Positions 27,573 to 36,279 of a DNA stretch of 64,000 nucleotides are shown here, in pieces. Made by a program: the position numbers and the translations under genes. The notes under the pieces were generated by a model. That model was not told the DNA's origin. It made no database searches and was given only the letters and a program-made list of their open reading frames with translations. The stretch comes from Nitrososphaerota archaeon (GTDB taxonomy: Archaea; Thermoproteota; Nitrososphaeria_A; Caldarchaeales; Calditenuaceae). The DNA is taken from positions 448,001 through 512,000 of the forward strand of contig JBEPYO010000001.1 in NCBI GenBank assembly GCA_041641295.1, read 5' to 3'. Within the stretch, counting starts at the first letter, position 1. Each line of letters starts with the position of its first letter.

Positions 27573-28997
27573 ATGCAGGCACATATCCTAACAAACGACA
27601 TGTCTCGAATCAAAAACCAGCACTCGCTTCCACTCAGAGCTGCAATAACTAAAGTCACCGCGATAATCCTTGCATCCATAGTCGTTGTGGCTGCCGTTGC
27701 CGCAGTTTTGTACTATGTGATGGTTGTACAAGCCCCAGCCGCCCCCGAGGTAATAAAAATTGGATGGCCAGTTCCACTCACAGGCCCAATAGCATCATTC
27801 GGAGAGCCAGACCCATGGGTTGCACAACAGATTGAACAGGTCGTTAATCGCGATGGAGGAGTCTTCCTATCAGCATATAACAAGAAGGTACCTATCAAAA
27901 TCATAATCAGAGACACAAAGAGCGATCCTAACTTCGCGGCTACAGTCGCCGAAGAGCTAATTACCCGTGAACAAGTAGACCTTATAGTTGTCCTCCATAC
28001 ACCGGGAACCACTGTTCCAGTAAGCGGTGTCTGTGAGAGGTATAAAGTGCCTTGCATAGTTTATGACACCCCCGTTTTAGCGTGGCTTCAGGGTGGACCA
28101 TACGAATGGTCATTTTTAGCATTCTGGACAGAAGTAGATGTAGCTCAAATCTTCGTTGGGATATGGGATAAACTCGGGGCAAAAACCAACAAAGTAGTAG
28201 CGGGAATATGGAGTGACGATCCAGACGGCCGCACATTCCGAGAACTTACAATTGCATTAGCCCAGGCTAGAGGGTACAAAGTCATTGATTCAGGTGTCGT
28301 ACCATATGGAACTCTGGACTTTTCAGCCTATATACGGGAGTGGAAGGCACAGGGTGCAGAGATACTGACAGGCAACCTAATACCACCAGACTTTGCAACA
28401 CTCTGGAGACAGAGCAGAGAGCTTGGATTCATTCCCAAAGTAGCCACCATAGGCAGGTCCATCCTCTTCCCATCGTCAGTTGAGGCTTTAGGCGGAGACC
28501 TAGGTATCGGTCTCACAACCGAAGTATGGGTGCACAAAGTTTCACCTTTCAGGTCTTCTCTTACAGGGCAAACTCCAAGAGAACTTGCTGAAGAGTATGA
28601 GAGGGCAACTGGGAAGCAATGGTCCACGCCTCTAATATTCTCCCACGCGGCCTTCGAAAATGCAATAGACGCTCTGAAGCGCGCAGGAAGTCTAGATAAG
28701 GAGAAGATAAGGGACGCTATCGCCAATACCGATTTAGACACCATCGTTGGTCATATAAACTTCAAAAGAAGCCTAACAGAGATACTTACACCTGAAGAGT
28801 TGGAATTGTATAAAAAGTACCCTGCTCTAATACAATACCAAAACAGTTATTCCATTACTCCAGTAATTGGAGGCCAATGGGTCAAAGGTACAAAGTGGCC
28901 TTATGAACTCGAAGTAGTGTATAACTGGAAGTACGATAATATACCAGAAACTGCAGAACTCAAAACGATCCCAGAACTTCTCGGCACCGGAGGATAA
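27573..28997 (+). CDS. ABC transporter substrate-binding protein (LivK-like)
   Basis: N-terminal TM helix; KIGWPVPLTGPIASFG, DTKSDP. Confidence 0.85.
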   Translation: MQAHILTNDMSRIKNQHSLPLRAAITKVTAIILASIVVVAAVAAVLYYVMVVQAPAAPEVIKIGWPVPLTGPIASFGEPDPWVAQQIEQVVNRDGGVFLSAYNKKVPIKIIIRDTKSDPNFAATVAEELITREQVDLIVVLHTPGTTVPVSGVCERYKVPCIVYDTPVLAWLQGGPYEWSFLAFWTEVDVAQIFVGIWDKLGAKTNKVVAGIWSDDPDGRTFRELTIALAQARGYKVIDSGVVPYGTLDFSAYIREWKAQGAEILTGNLIPPDFATLWRQSRELGFIPKVATIGRSILFPSSVEALGGDLGIGLTTEVWVHKVSPFRSSLTGQTPRELAEEYERATGKQWSTPLIFSHAAFENAIDALKRAGSLDKEKIRDAIANTDLDTIVGHINFKRSLTEILTPEELELYKKYPALIQYQNSYSITPVIGGQWVKGTKWPYELEVVYNWKYDNIPETAELKTIPELLGTGG

Positions 28998-29028
28998 ATT
29001 CGGCAGCATTTAAATAATAAAGTTCAAA

Positions 29029-29763
29029 ATGATCGGCATGCTTGAAGTAATTGGACTCACAAAACGTTTCGGAGCCTTGACGGCCGTTAAAAATGTAAGT
29101 TTTAAAATTAGCGAGAAAGAGATAGTGGGTTTGATTGGCCCGAACGGCTCTGGAAAAACAACTCTCTTTAATCTTATTTCTGGATTTTATAAACCAGATT
29201 CTGGCAAAGTGATGTTCAGGGACCATGAAATTAGTGGTCTTCCTCAGCATAAAATTTGCAAAATGGGCATTGCGCGGACTTATCAAATTCCTAGGCCGTT
29301 TCTAGAAATGAGCGTGCTTGAAAATGTTATGATCGGTGCATTATATGGTGCAGATGAAAGCCTAGGTAAAAGCCGTTCCCACGCATTGGAGTGCTTAAAG
29401 TTTGTAGGCCTAGAGAAGAAAAAAGATGTCCCCGCCCATAATCTTAACGTCTCAGAAAGAAAAATGCTTGAGATAGCTAGAGCCTTAGCTACGAAGCCCA
29501 AACTTTTGCTACTTGATGAACCTCTAAGCGGATTAAATCCGAAAGAAGTAGCGCAGGCTAGAGAACTCATTAGAAGAATTAGAGACGACTTCGGCGTCAC
29601 CGTGTTTTGGATTGAGCATATTATGAGAGCCCTAAGGGGTGTGGTTGAACGCGTTATCGTATTGAACTATGGAGAAAAGATTGCTGAAGGGTCTTTTGAA
29701 GTGGTATCCAGTAGCAGTAAAGTAATAGAGGCTTATCTGGGAGAAAAATGGGTAATTGGGTGA
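29029..29763 (+). CDS. ABC transporter ATP-binding subunit (LivG-like)
   Basis: GPNGSGKT, LDEPLSGL. Confidence 0.9.
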   Translation: MIGMLEVIGLTKRFGALTAVKNVSFKISEKEIVGLIGPNGSGKTTLFNLISGFYKPDSGKVMFRDHEISGLPQHKICKMGIARTYQIPRPFLEMSVLENVMIGALYGADESLGKSRSHALECLKFVGLEKKKDVPAHNLNVSERKMLEIARALATKPKLLLLDEPLSGLNPKEVAQARELIRRIRDDFGVTVFWIEHIMRALRGVVERVIVLNYGEKIAEGSFEVVSSSSKVIEAYLGEKWVIG

Positions 29764-29769
29764 TACGTA

Positions 29770-30477
29770 ATGTTAGAGGTTGAGGGAGTAAACGTGTTTT
29801 ACGGCGATCTGCAAGTACTTTGGGATATATCCCTTAAGGTGGACAAAGGGGAAAAAGCAGCATTAATTGGCCCAAACGGGGCTGGAAAAACAACACTCTG
29901 CAAAACCATAATAGGTGCACTTCCCCCTAAAACTGGTTCGATAACTTTTCTGGGGAAGCGGATAGATAAACTTTCAATACCTGAAATTATAAGGCTTGGA
30001 ATAGCCATCGTACCTGAGGGGAGAGGACTTTTCGGCAACATGACAGTAATGGAGAACCTTGAACTCGGGGCCTACGCTTCAGATGTGAGGAGAAAATATA
30101 ACGATACGTTAGAATGGGTGTTTAGCCTATTTCCACTATTAAAGGAGAGAAAAAACCAGCTGGCAGGTCTTATGAGTGGGGGTGAACAACAAATGCTAGC
30201 CATAGCGAGAGCATTAATGTCGAAGCCCAAGCTGCTTATATTGGATGAGCCTTCACTGGGCCTCGCCCCTAAAATAGTGCTAAAAGTATACGAGGTGATA
30301 AGAAAGATTTGTGACGAAGGAGTGACTGTGCTGCTCGTTGAGCAGTACGCAGGCCATGCTTTGGAAAATTCTGATAAGGGCTTTGTGCTAGAAAATGGGA
30401 GAATTGTAATAGAGGGGCCATCAGAGAAACTTCTTAAAGACGAAAAAGTTAGGAAAGCTTACCTAGGGGAAGAATGA
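29770..30477 (+). CDS. ABC transporter ATP-binding subunit (LivF-like)
   Basis: GPNGAGKT, MSGGEQQML, DEPSLGLAP. Confidence 0.9.
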   Translation: MLEVEGVNVFYGDLQVLWDISLKVDKGEKAALIGPNGAGKTTLCKTIIGALPPKTGSITFLGKRIDKLSIPEIIRLGIAIVPEGRGLFGNMTVMENLELGAYASDVRRKYNDTLEWVFSLFPLLKERKNQLAGLMSGGEQQMLAIARALMSKPKLLILDEPSLGLAPKIVLKVYEVIRKICDEGVTVLLVEQYAGHALENSDKGFVLENGRIVIEGPSEKLLKDEKVRKAYLGEE

Positions 30478-31346
30478 TGGAGATACTCAGTTACATAAAT
30501 CTCATATTGAATGGCTTATTGCTTGGGGGACTCTTCGCTCTAACAGCTTTCGGCTTATCAGTGCTAGCCGGCATAATGAGAGTTATCAATATAGCGCACG
30601 GCGACTTTGCAATCCTAGCCGCATATTTGTCACTTACCATTATGAATTCTTTCGGAATGGATCCATTTTTAAGTTTAGTCTTTGTAGCGCCAATAATGTT
30701 TGCGGTGGGCTACTTTTTCCAAAAATTCACAATAAACAGAGTCCTTGCGATGGGGGCAAACCAAGTGGTTCTAGTAACATTTGCCTTGAGCATTGTAATC
30801 CAAAACCTTCTGCTCTTAATATTTACTGCTGACGCGAGGAGCTTGATAACGCCGTACCTTCTTACAAATATAGAGCTGTTTGGACTGAATCCATCACCAC
30901 GCTACGCTGTAGGCTTCATTTCGGCTTTAATAGTGTTCGGACTGATCTTCATCTTTTTCAAGAAAACATACTTAGGCAAGGCTATGCGTGCTGTCCCCTT
31001 CGACCCCGAAGCAGCAAAAATGATTGGAATAAAATCTGAAGTCATCTACAATTATGCCGCCGGATTAGCCCTATTAGTGGTGGCCATAGCCGGAGTACTG
31101 CTGGGCTTGGCTTTCACTTTTTATCCCGATACGGGTCCAATGTACGTACTACTTTCTTTCGGTGTCGTTGTTATGGGAGGTTTGGGAAGTTTGAAAGGTA
31201 CTTTGATTGGAGGATTTATCCTAGGTGAAGCATTAGTCTTGGGAGGCTTCTTCTTCGGTTCACGATTTCAGCTAATGTTCTGCTATCTCGTCATACTAGC
31301 CATCCTATATCTGAGACCTCGAGGGCTCTTCGGGGGGAAAGTTTAG
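30474..31346 (+). CDS. ABC transporter permease (LivH-like)
   Basis: VINIAHGDF, VVMGGLGS, RPRGLFG. Confidence 0.88.
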   Translation: MMEILSYINLILNGLLLGGLFALTAFGLSVLAGIMRVINIAHGDFAILAAYLSLTIMNSFGMDPFLSLVFVAPIMFAVGYFFQKFTINRVLAMGANQVVLVTFALSIVIQNLLLLIFTADARSLITPYLLTNIELFGLNPSPRYAVGFISALIVFGLIFIFFKKTYLGKAMRAVPFDPEAAKMIGIKSEVIYNYAAGLALLVVAIAGVLLGLAFTFYPDTGPMYVLLSFGVVVMGGLGSLKGTLIGGFILGEALVLGGFFFGSRFQLMFCYLVILAILYLRPRGLFGGKV

Positions 31347-31347
31347 A

Positions 31348-32280
31348 GTGTTGGAGTTAAAAAGCCGTTACATCTACATTGTCATTTTGCTAGCTGTTCT
31401 TACCTCGCTGCCTTTATGGGTTGGAGGCTTCCTAAGAGATGCGCTAATATTGTTCTTCCTATATTTGGCTGCTGCAGAAGTTTGGGGGTTTATGGCCAAG
31501 CACGCGGGTATAGTCTCTCTTGGCCAACAAATTTTTATAGGGGTCGGAGGCTATACGACGGCTGTTCTTTCCATGTATTTTGGAATCCCCATGTATGCTA
31601 GCGTTATAATATCTGGGCTCCTTGGAGCCGGCTTGGCTGGCCTGCTATCCTTTCCACTTTTGAGGTTACGTGGTGTTTACTTTGCAATAGGCACTTTTCT
31701 TGCAGCGGAAGTTATTAGACTTGCCTTTAGTGGCTGGGAATTTGTGGGTGCTGGCAAGGGACTGATATTTAGAGACGCTTATGGCATTCCTACGACTATA
31801 ATCTACTATCCTGCCTTAGCCCTTGCAGTAATTTCAATTTTCTTGGTATACCTGCTATATCATTCAAAGTTAGGATTTGGGTTAAGAAGCATAGGGGCAG
31901 ATGAGGATGTTGCCTGTGGACTTGGAGTAAACACCTTCGTGTGTAAAGCCACGTGCTTCATCCTCGCTTCACTTATCACGACCCTTGTAGGAGCTGTTAA
32001 TGTTATTCATCATACGTACCTTCACCCCACCTCAGCCTTCAGCATTTCGTGGACTGTAAACTTCCTTTTCGTGGCTGTTATCGGAGGGGTGGGGACAATA
32101 GTAGGACCAATAATTGGCAGCGCGTTATTTGTAGCGTTCGGGTACTTATTTGCCCAATACCTAGGACTCAGCCTCCTTTTAGAAGGCCTGATTGTACTCG
32201 CGATCCTGATAGCTCTTCCGCAAGGAGTCTGGAGCGCCATTTCTAGAAAATTAAAACTAAATCTAAAACCACCGCTATAA
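31348..32280 (+). CDS. ABC transporter permease (LivM-like)
   Basis: SLGQQIFIGVG, RLRGVYFAIGT, IGGVGTIVGP. Confidence 0.88.
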   Translation: MLELKSRYIYIVILLAVLTSLPLWVGGFLRDALILFFLYLAAAEVWGFMAKHAGIVSLGQQIFIGVGGYTTAVLSMYFGIPMYASVIISGLLGAGLAGLLSFPLLRLRGVYFAIGTFLAAEVIRLAFSGWEFVGAGKGLIFRDAYGIPTTIIYYPALALAVISIFLVYLLYHSKLGFGLRSIGADEDVACGLGVNTFVCKATCFILASLITTLVGAVNVIHHTYLHPTSAFSISWTVNFLFVAVIGGVGTIVGPIIGSALFVAFGYLFAQYLGLSLLLEGLIVLAILIALPQGVWSAISRKLKLNLKPPL

Positions 32281-32521
32281 AGCTAAAAGCATCAACGTGT
32301 CATATTTTAATATCGCGTGGAAAATGATATTGCTAACCACGCCGTTATAAAGACAAGCTAACGTTTAGTCGTCATCAACACTATTTTTTTAAATACTCTA
32401 AAATTGCTACTATAGCGAAGGCCGTTCTATTACCAGATTCAGTAGGAGGAAGATTAGCAACAGAAGATAGGTCTGTGGGAGGCAGGCTTAAGTAGAGAAA
32501 ATATTATATACAAGTTATCGA

Positions 32522-33880
32522 TTGCTTATGGACATGAAAATGCCTATTTCTGCAGCAGCTATTACAAAAATGCATGCAATAATAATGGCCGTAGTTATTA
32601 TCATAGCCGCTGTAGGCGCGAGTGCTTCTTATTACTTAACGCTGAGGCCAGGCGCTCCAGAATACATAAAAATTGGATGGCCAGCCCCCCTTACCGGAAC
32701 TCTTGCCGGATTTGCTGAGACAACACCATGGATGGCACAACAAGTGGAGGATTATGTCAACAATAAGTTGGGTGGAATATATCTCTCAGAATACGGCAAA
32801 AAAATCCCAATAAAAATAATCATAAGAGATACAAAAAGCGATCCTGACCTCGCAGCAACCATAGCAGCCGAACTGATAACTAAAGATAATGTTGACATAA
32901 TGTTGGCGCTTTATTCTCCAGCTATGACGAATCCCATAAGTGCGCAATGCGAGAAATATGGAGTACCATGCATAGTTTCGCAGACAATACTATTGTCTTG
33001 GCTCATGGGGGCCCCCTACGAGTGGTCTTACGCCATAGGCTTAGCCGAGCCAGACTTCGCAATATTGTTCTTTGATTTATTTGATTCGATGGGAGATAAA
33101 GTAAACAAAAAGGTTGCCATGATTAATGCAGATGACCCTGATGGAAGAGGTTTTTCAGAATCGATAAAAATAGTAGCAAAAGCGCGTGGGTATACGCTTA
33201 TCGATGCTGGGCTAGTGCCTTATGGTGCGGCAGACTATTCTTCATATATCTATAATTGGAAGAGTTCGGGAGCGGATATTCTCACAGGCAACATGCTTTT
33301 TGTAGATTTTGCAACCCTCTGGAGACAGTGTAACGAGCTGGGTTATAAGCCAAAAATCGTGGCCATGTCGAGAGCGTTGCTGTTTCCTTCATGGGTAGAG
33401 GCAATAGGCGGCGAACTACCCAACGGGCTAATAGGATATACCTGGTGGTCGCCTTTCCACCCCTATAAGTCATCTATAACTGGACAGACTGCGAGCCAGC
33501 TAGTTGAGGCTTGGGAAGCTCACAGCGGTAAACAGTGGACACCAGTACTAGGCCTCACGCACGCTGTACTGGAGGTAGCTATAGACGCGGTTAAAAGGGC
33601 AGGAAGCCTTGACAAAACAAAAATAAGAGACGCCCTAGCCGAAACCAACCTTAACACTATAGCAGGACCTGTCAATTTTAAGGCACCTCTAACACCACAA
33701 CAGCAGGCGCGATACCGGCCATTCGAAAATCTAATGAAGTACAAGGATCATTATGTCGTTGTGAGCCCGGTGGCAATTCAATGGGTTAAGGGATCCAAGT
33801 GGCCTTGGGAGATGCAGGTAATCTATAATTGGGAGAGCCCAGAGATACCTGAAACAGCCAAGATGTTCCTTTTAAGCTAA
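32522..33880 (+). CDS. Second ABC substrate-binding protein, paralogue of 27573-28997
   Basis: Shares IKIIIRDTKSDP, DFATLWRQ, DAxKRAGSLDK and KWPxE...YNW with the first binding protein. Confidence 0.85.
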   Translation: MLMDMKMPISAAAITKMHAIIMAVVIIIAAVGASASYYLTLRPGAPEYIKIGWPAPLTGTLAGFAETTPWMAQQVEDYVNNKLGGIYLSEYGKKIPIKIIIRDTKSDPDLAATIAAELITKDNVDIMLALYSPAMTNPISAQCEKYGVPCIVSQTILLSWLMGAPYEWSYAIGLAEPDFAILFFDLFDSMGDKVNKKVAMINADDPDGRGFSESIKIVAKARGYTLIDAGLVPYGAADYSSYIYNWKSSGADILTGNMLFVDFATLWRQCNELGYKPKIVAMSRALLFPSWVEAIGGELPNGLIGYTWWSPFHPYKSSITGQTASQLVEAWEAHSGKQWTPVLGLTHAVLEVAIDAVKRAGSLDKTKIRDALAETNLNTIAGPVNFKAPLTPQQQARYRPFENLMKYKDHYVVVSPVAIQWVKGSKWPWEMQVIYNWESPEIPETAKMFLLS

Positions 33881-34108
33881 GATCCACCTTTATTTTCTAA
33901 CCTCTCCTTTCAAGAACTTTAGTGAAACATCTACTAGATGTTGTTATCTAATCGAAAGGCTGTTTACCCTTCCAAAGAGTTGCCTCCCTCCTACGTTTTG
34001 GGACCGTATCGACACAGCAGTTCGATGGTGAAAGGCTTAAATACAAAGCGGTAGGGCAGAAAACTGTGTATACTGATCATTTGATAAAGTCAAGAAGGGT
34101 GTCTTTGG

Positions 34109-35128
34109 ATGGAGATAATAGATTTTGAAGCACACTTTTATACAAAAGAGTATGTTAAAGCTTTGATAAAAAACAAAAGCTATCCAAAATACAAAAAGGA
34201 TAGAGAAAAGAACATTCATTGGCTGTGGTATGCTCCCAACGTGTTAGAGCCTCACACAGGACAACTTCTAGAAAGACTTCTTGACTTGAGTGAGAAGCGA
34301 TTTAAGGATATGGCCGAGGCAGGAGTGAAAATGCAGGTTTTGAGTCTTTCTGCACCGGGATGCGAACAGTTTAACCCTCCACTAGGTACTAAACTCGCAA
34401 AAAAGGTTAATGATGAGTTGTCCAGAATTGTGGAGAAAAATCCAGACAAATTTGTCGGTTTAGCCGCCCTTGCGCCTCAAGACCCCGGAGAGGCTGCAGA
34501 TGAGCTTGAAAGGGCTGTGAAAGAGTTGGGGCTTAAAGGATGGAAAACCCACTCCAATATACGTGGAACATATCTTGACAATAAAAAATTTTGGATTATA
34601 CTGGAAAAAGCTGAGAAGTTAGGTGTTCCCATATTTTTACACCCAACCATTCCCTTGATCAGAGAGCTTAGAAAGAGTTACGGATATGCTTTGGCTGGAC
34701 CTGCTTTCGGCTTTACCTTTGATACGGCTTTATGTATGATGCGTTTAATTTTAAGCGGAGTTTTTGATAAGTATCCCAATCTAAAGTTCGTATTGGGACA
34801 CTTGGGCGAGGCCATGCCTTTCCTTCTTAATCGGCTTGACTTTCCGTTTGTAAGACCATGGGTTACTCAGGGAGTGAAGATGAAACTTTCAAAGAAGCCC
34901 AGTGAATACTTCAAAAATAATGTCTATGTAGGTACAAGTGGCGAATTCCACAATTCAGCTCTAATATGCACTGTTCAGACAATGGGTTACGACAAAGTTC
35001 TGTTCGCTTCAGACTATCCTTATGAACATACAGCAAAGGCTGTAGACCGCATAAATGCGTTGCCATTGTCGGATGAGGAAAAAACAAGAATCTATCATTT
35101 AAATGCGAAAAATATCTTAGGCCTTTAA
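34109..35128 (+). CDS. Amidohydrolase_2 family non-oxidative aromatic acid decarboxylase (gamma-resorcylate/LigW-like)
   Basis: DFEAHF, MQVLSLSAPG, FLHP, GHLGE, FASDYPYE. Confidence 0.8.
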   Translation: MEIIDFEAHFYTKEYVKALIKNKSYPKYKKDREKNIHWLWYAPNVLEPHTGQLLERLLDLSEKRFKDMAEAGVKMQVLSLSAPGCEQFNPPLGTKLAKKVNDELSRIVEKNPDKFVGLAALAPQDPGEAADELERAVKELGLKGWKTHSNIRGTYLDNKKFWIILEKAEKLGVPIFLHPTIPLIRELRKSYGYALAGPAFGFTFDTALCMMRLILSGVFDKYPNLKFVLGHLGEAMPFLLNRLDFPFVRPWVTQGVKMKLSKKPSEYFKNNVYVGTSGEFHNSALICTVQTMGYDKVLFASDYPYEHTAKAVDRINALPLSDEEKTRIYHLNAKNILGL

Positions 35129-35222
35129 AAATGGTTTATAGACGTGTCAACAAAATTTTATGTGCGGTGTTCCTAATCTCCTTGCGTTCAATAGGGTTAA
35201 AAATAGAGGTTTGAGTGGATGG

Positions 35223-35852
35223 TTATTTTCTCGCCCCAATATTGTATAGGTAGGGTAGGAGGACGGAAAGGTTTCTCATTTCTTCTGCGCAATGCTGAAA
35301 GAGGTTTTTAGCTATATCGTAGCTGGTGTACGTTGGGTTTAGCCAGAAGCGGCTGCGCATTTCGCAACCCACATCGATATTCCGGACAAAGTGGGTCATG
35401 AAGCCGGCCTCGAGCTCTGTTCCTTCCCCACGGATATACAGACGGGCACAGATAGCTGTTGCTCGTGCCTTCTCAAACTTTGATACATCATAAAAATTTG
35501 CTGGATCTTGAAAGTGGATCCTCAGTTTTACTACAGGTGGTTTGCCTCCGAGGGTTTCGTCCACTATGTGACTGGCTCCAATGTAATTGCCTGGAGTCCA
35601 ACGGTCATCCCAAACACCATGTATGTGATCCACGGGATGCCAAAGTTTGTATATTTGAGTATGCTCTTTAGGAGAAAGGCCATAGGCGAACCACCACTCT
35701 ATCATTTTTCTATCGCAAAAGGGCATTCTCGTGAGTACGGCTACAAGGTAATATCCGTTTGATAAGCGAATATATCCGCTTTCTAGGGGCAAATAGCCTG
35801 GGTCTAGAAGGCGATCGATCTGGTCAACCGTTAATTCTAAATTTTCAGACAT
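35223..35852 (-). CDS. PhlG/phloretin hydrolase-like C-C hydrolase
   Basis: LESGY, MIEWWFA, YKLWHPVDH, EMRSRFW and HCAEEMRNL match the DAPG hydrolase PhlG family, including candidate Zn ligands; start ATG 35852 or upstream GTG. Confidence 0.8.
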   Translation of the reverse strand: MSENLELTVDQIDRLLDPGYLPLESGYIRLSNGYYLVAVLTRMPFCDRKMIEWWFAYGLSPKEHTQIYKLWHPVDHIHGVWDDRWTPGNYIGASHIVDETLGGKPPVVKLRIHFQDPANFYDVSKFEKARATAICARLYIRGEGTELEAGFMTHFVRNIDVGCEMRSRFWLNPTYTSYDIAKNLFQHCAEEMRNLSVLLPYLYNIGARK

Positions 35853-36279
35853 GGTATCACTTCTCACCTTTGACTGAGCGCTATTGCGGTATAAATAACT
35901 TTTATTTAAGCCCACCTCAGATGTGCATCACTGTTGATTAGTGACACGCCTACATTGGTTTGGGTTTTAGGCGGTGAGTTCTGCATTAGTAATATGCCTT
36001 TTTTTAAAAATACTGCCTATCGAAAAATGTAGTTACAGCGCCTGTGTATGGTGCTGGTAAGACCCCCTCTATGATCCTATCCCTTCTCAATAGCGATTGG
36101 GCCTCCCGTATTAGTTGGAATCTTGAAAGTTGTAAACGCCGCTAATGGCTATGCGATGATCTTCTCGGTTTATGTCTCATATTCTTTTTGGAGATACTTT
36201 GATGTCGATCCATTTCTATCCATACCTCGTATGGCATAGATGATTTACTGGAGCTGAATATTTAAAAACTAGTCTAAAG

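Noticed and set aside
22746-35909. TTAAATAAAAGT shared upstream of the cyclase and PhlG-like genes
   Set aside because: Explained by TATA boxes in AT-rich DNA; not seen at other island promoters
35916-36279. Long intergenic stretch that might be a decayed gene
   Set aside because: The frames I translated gave no recognisable motifs
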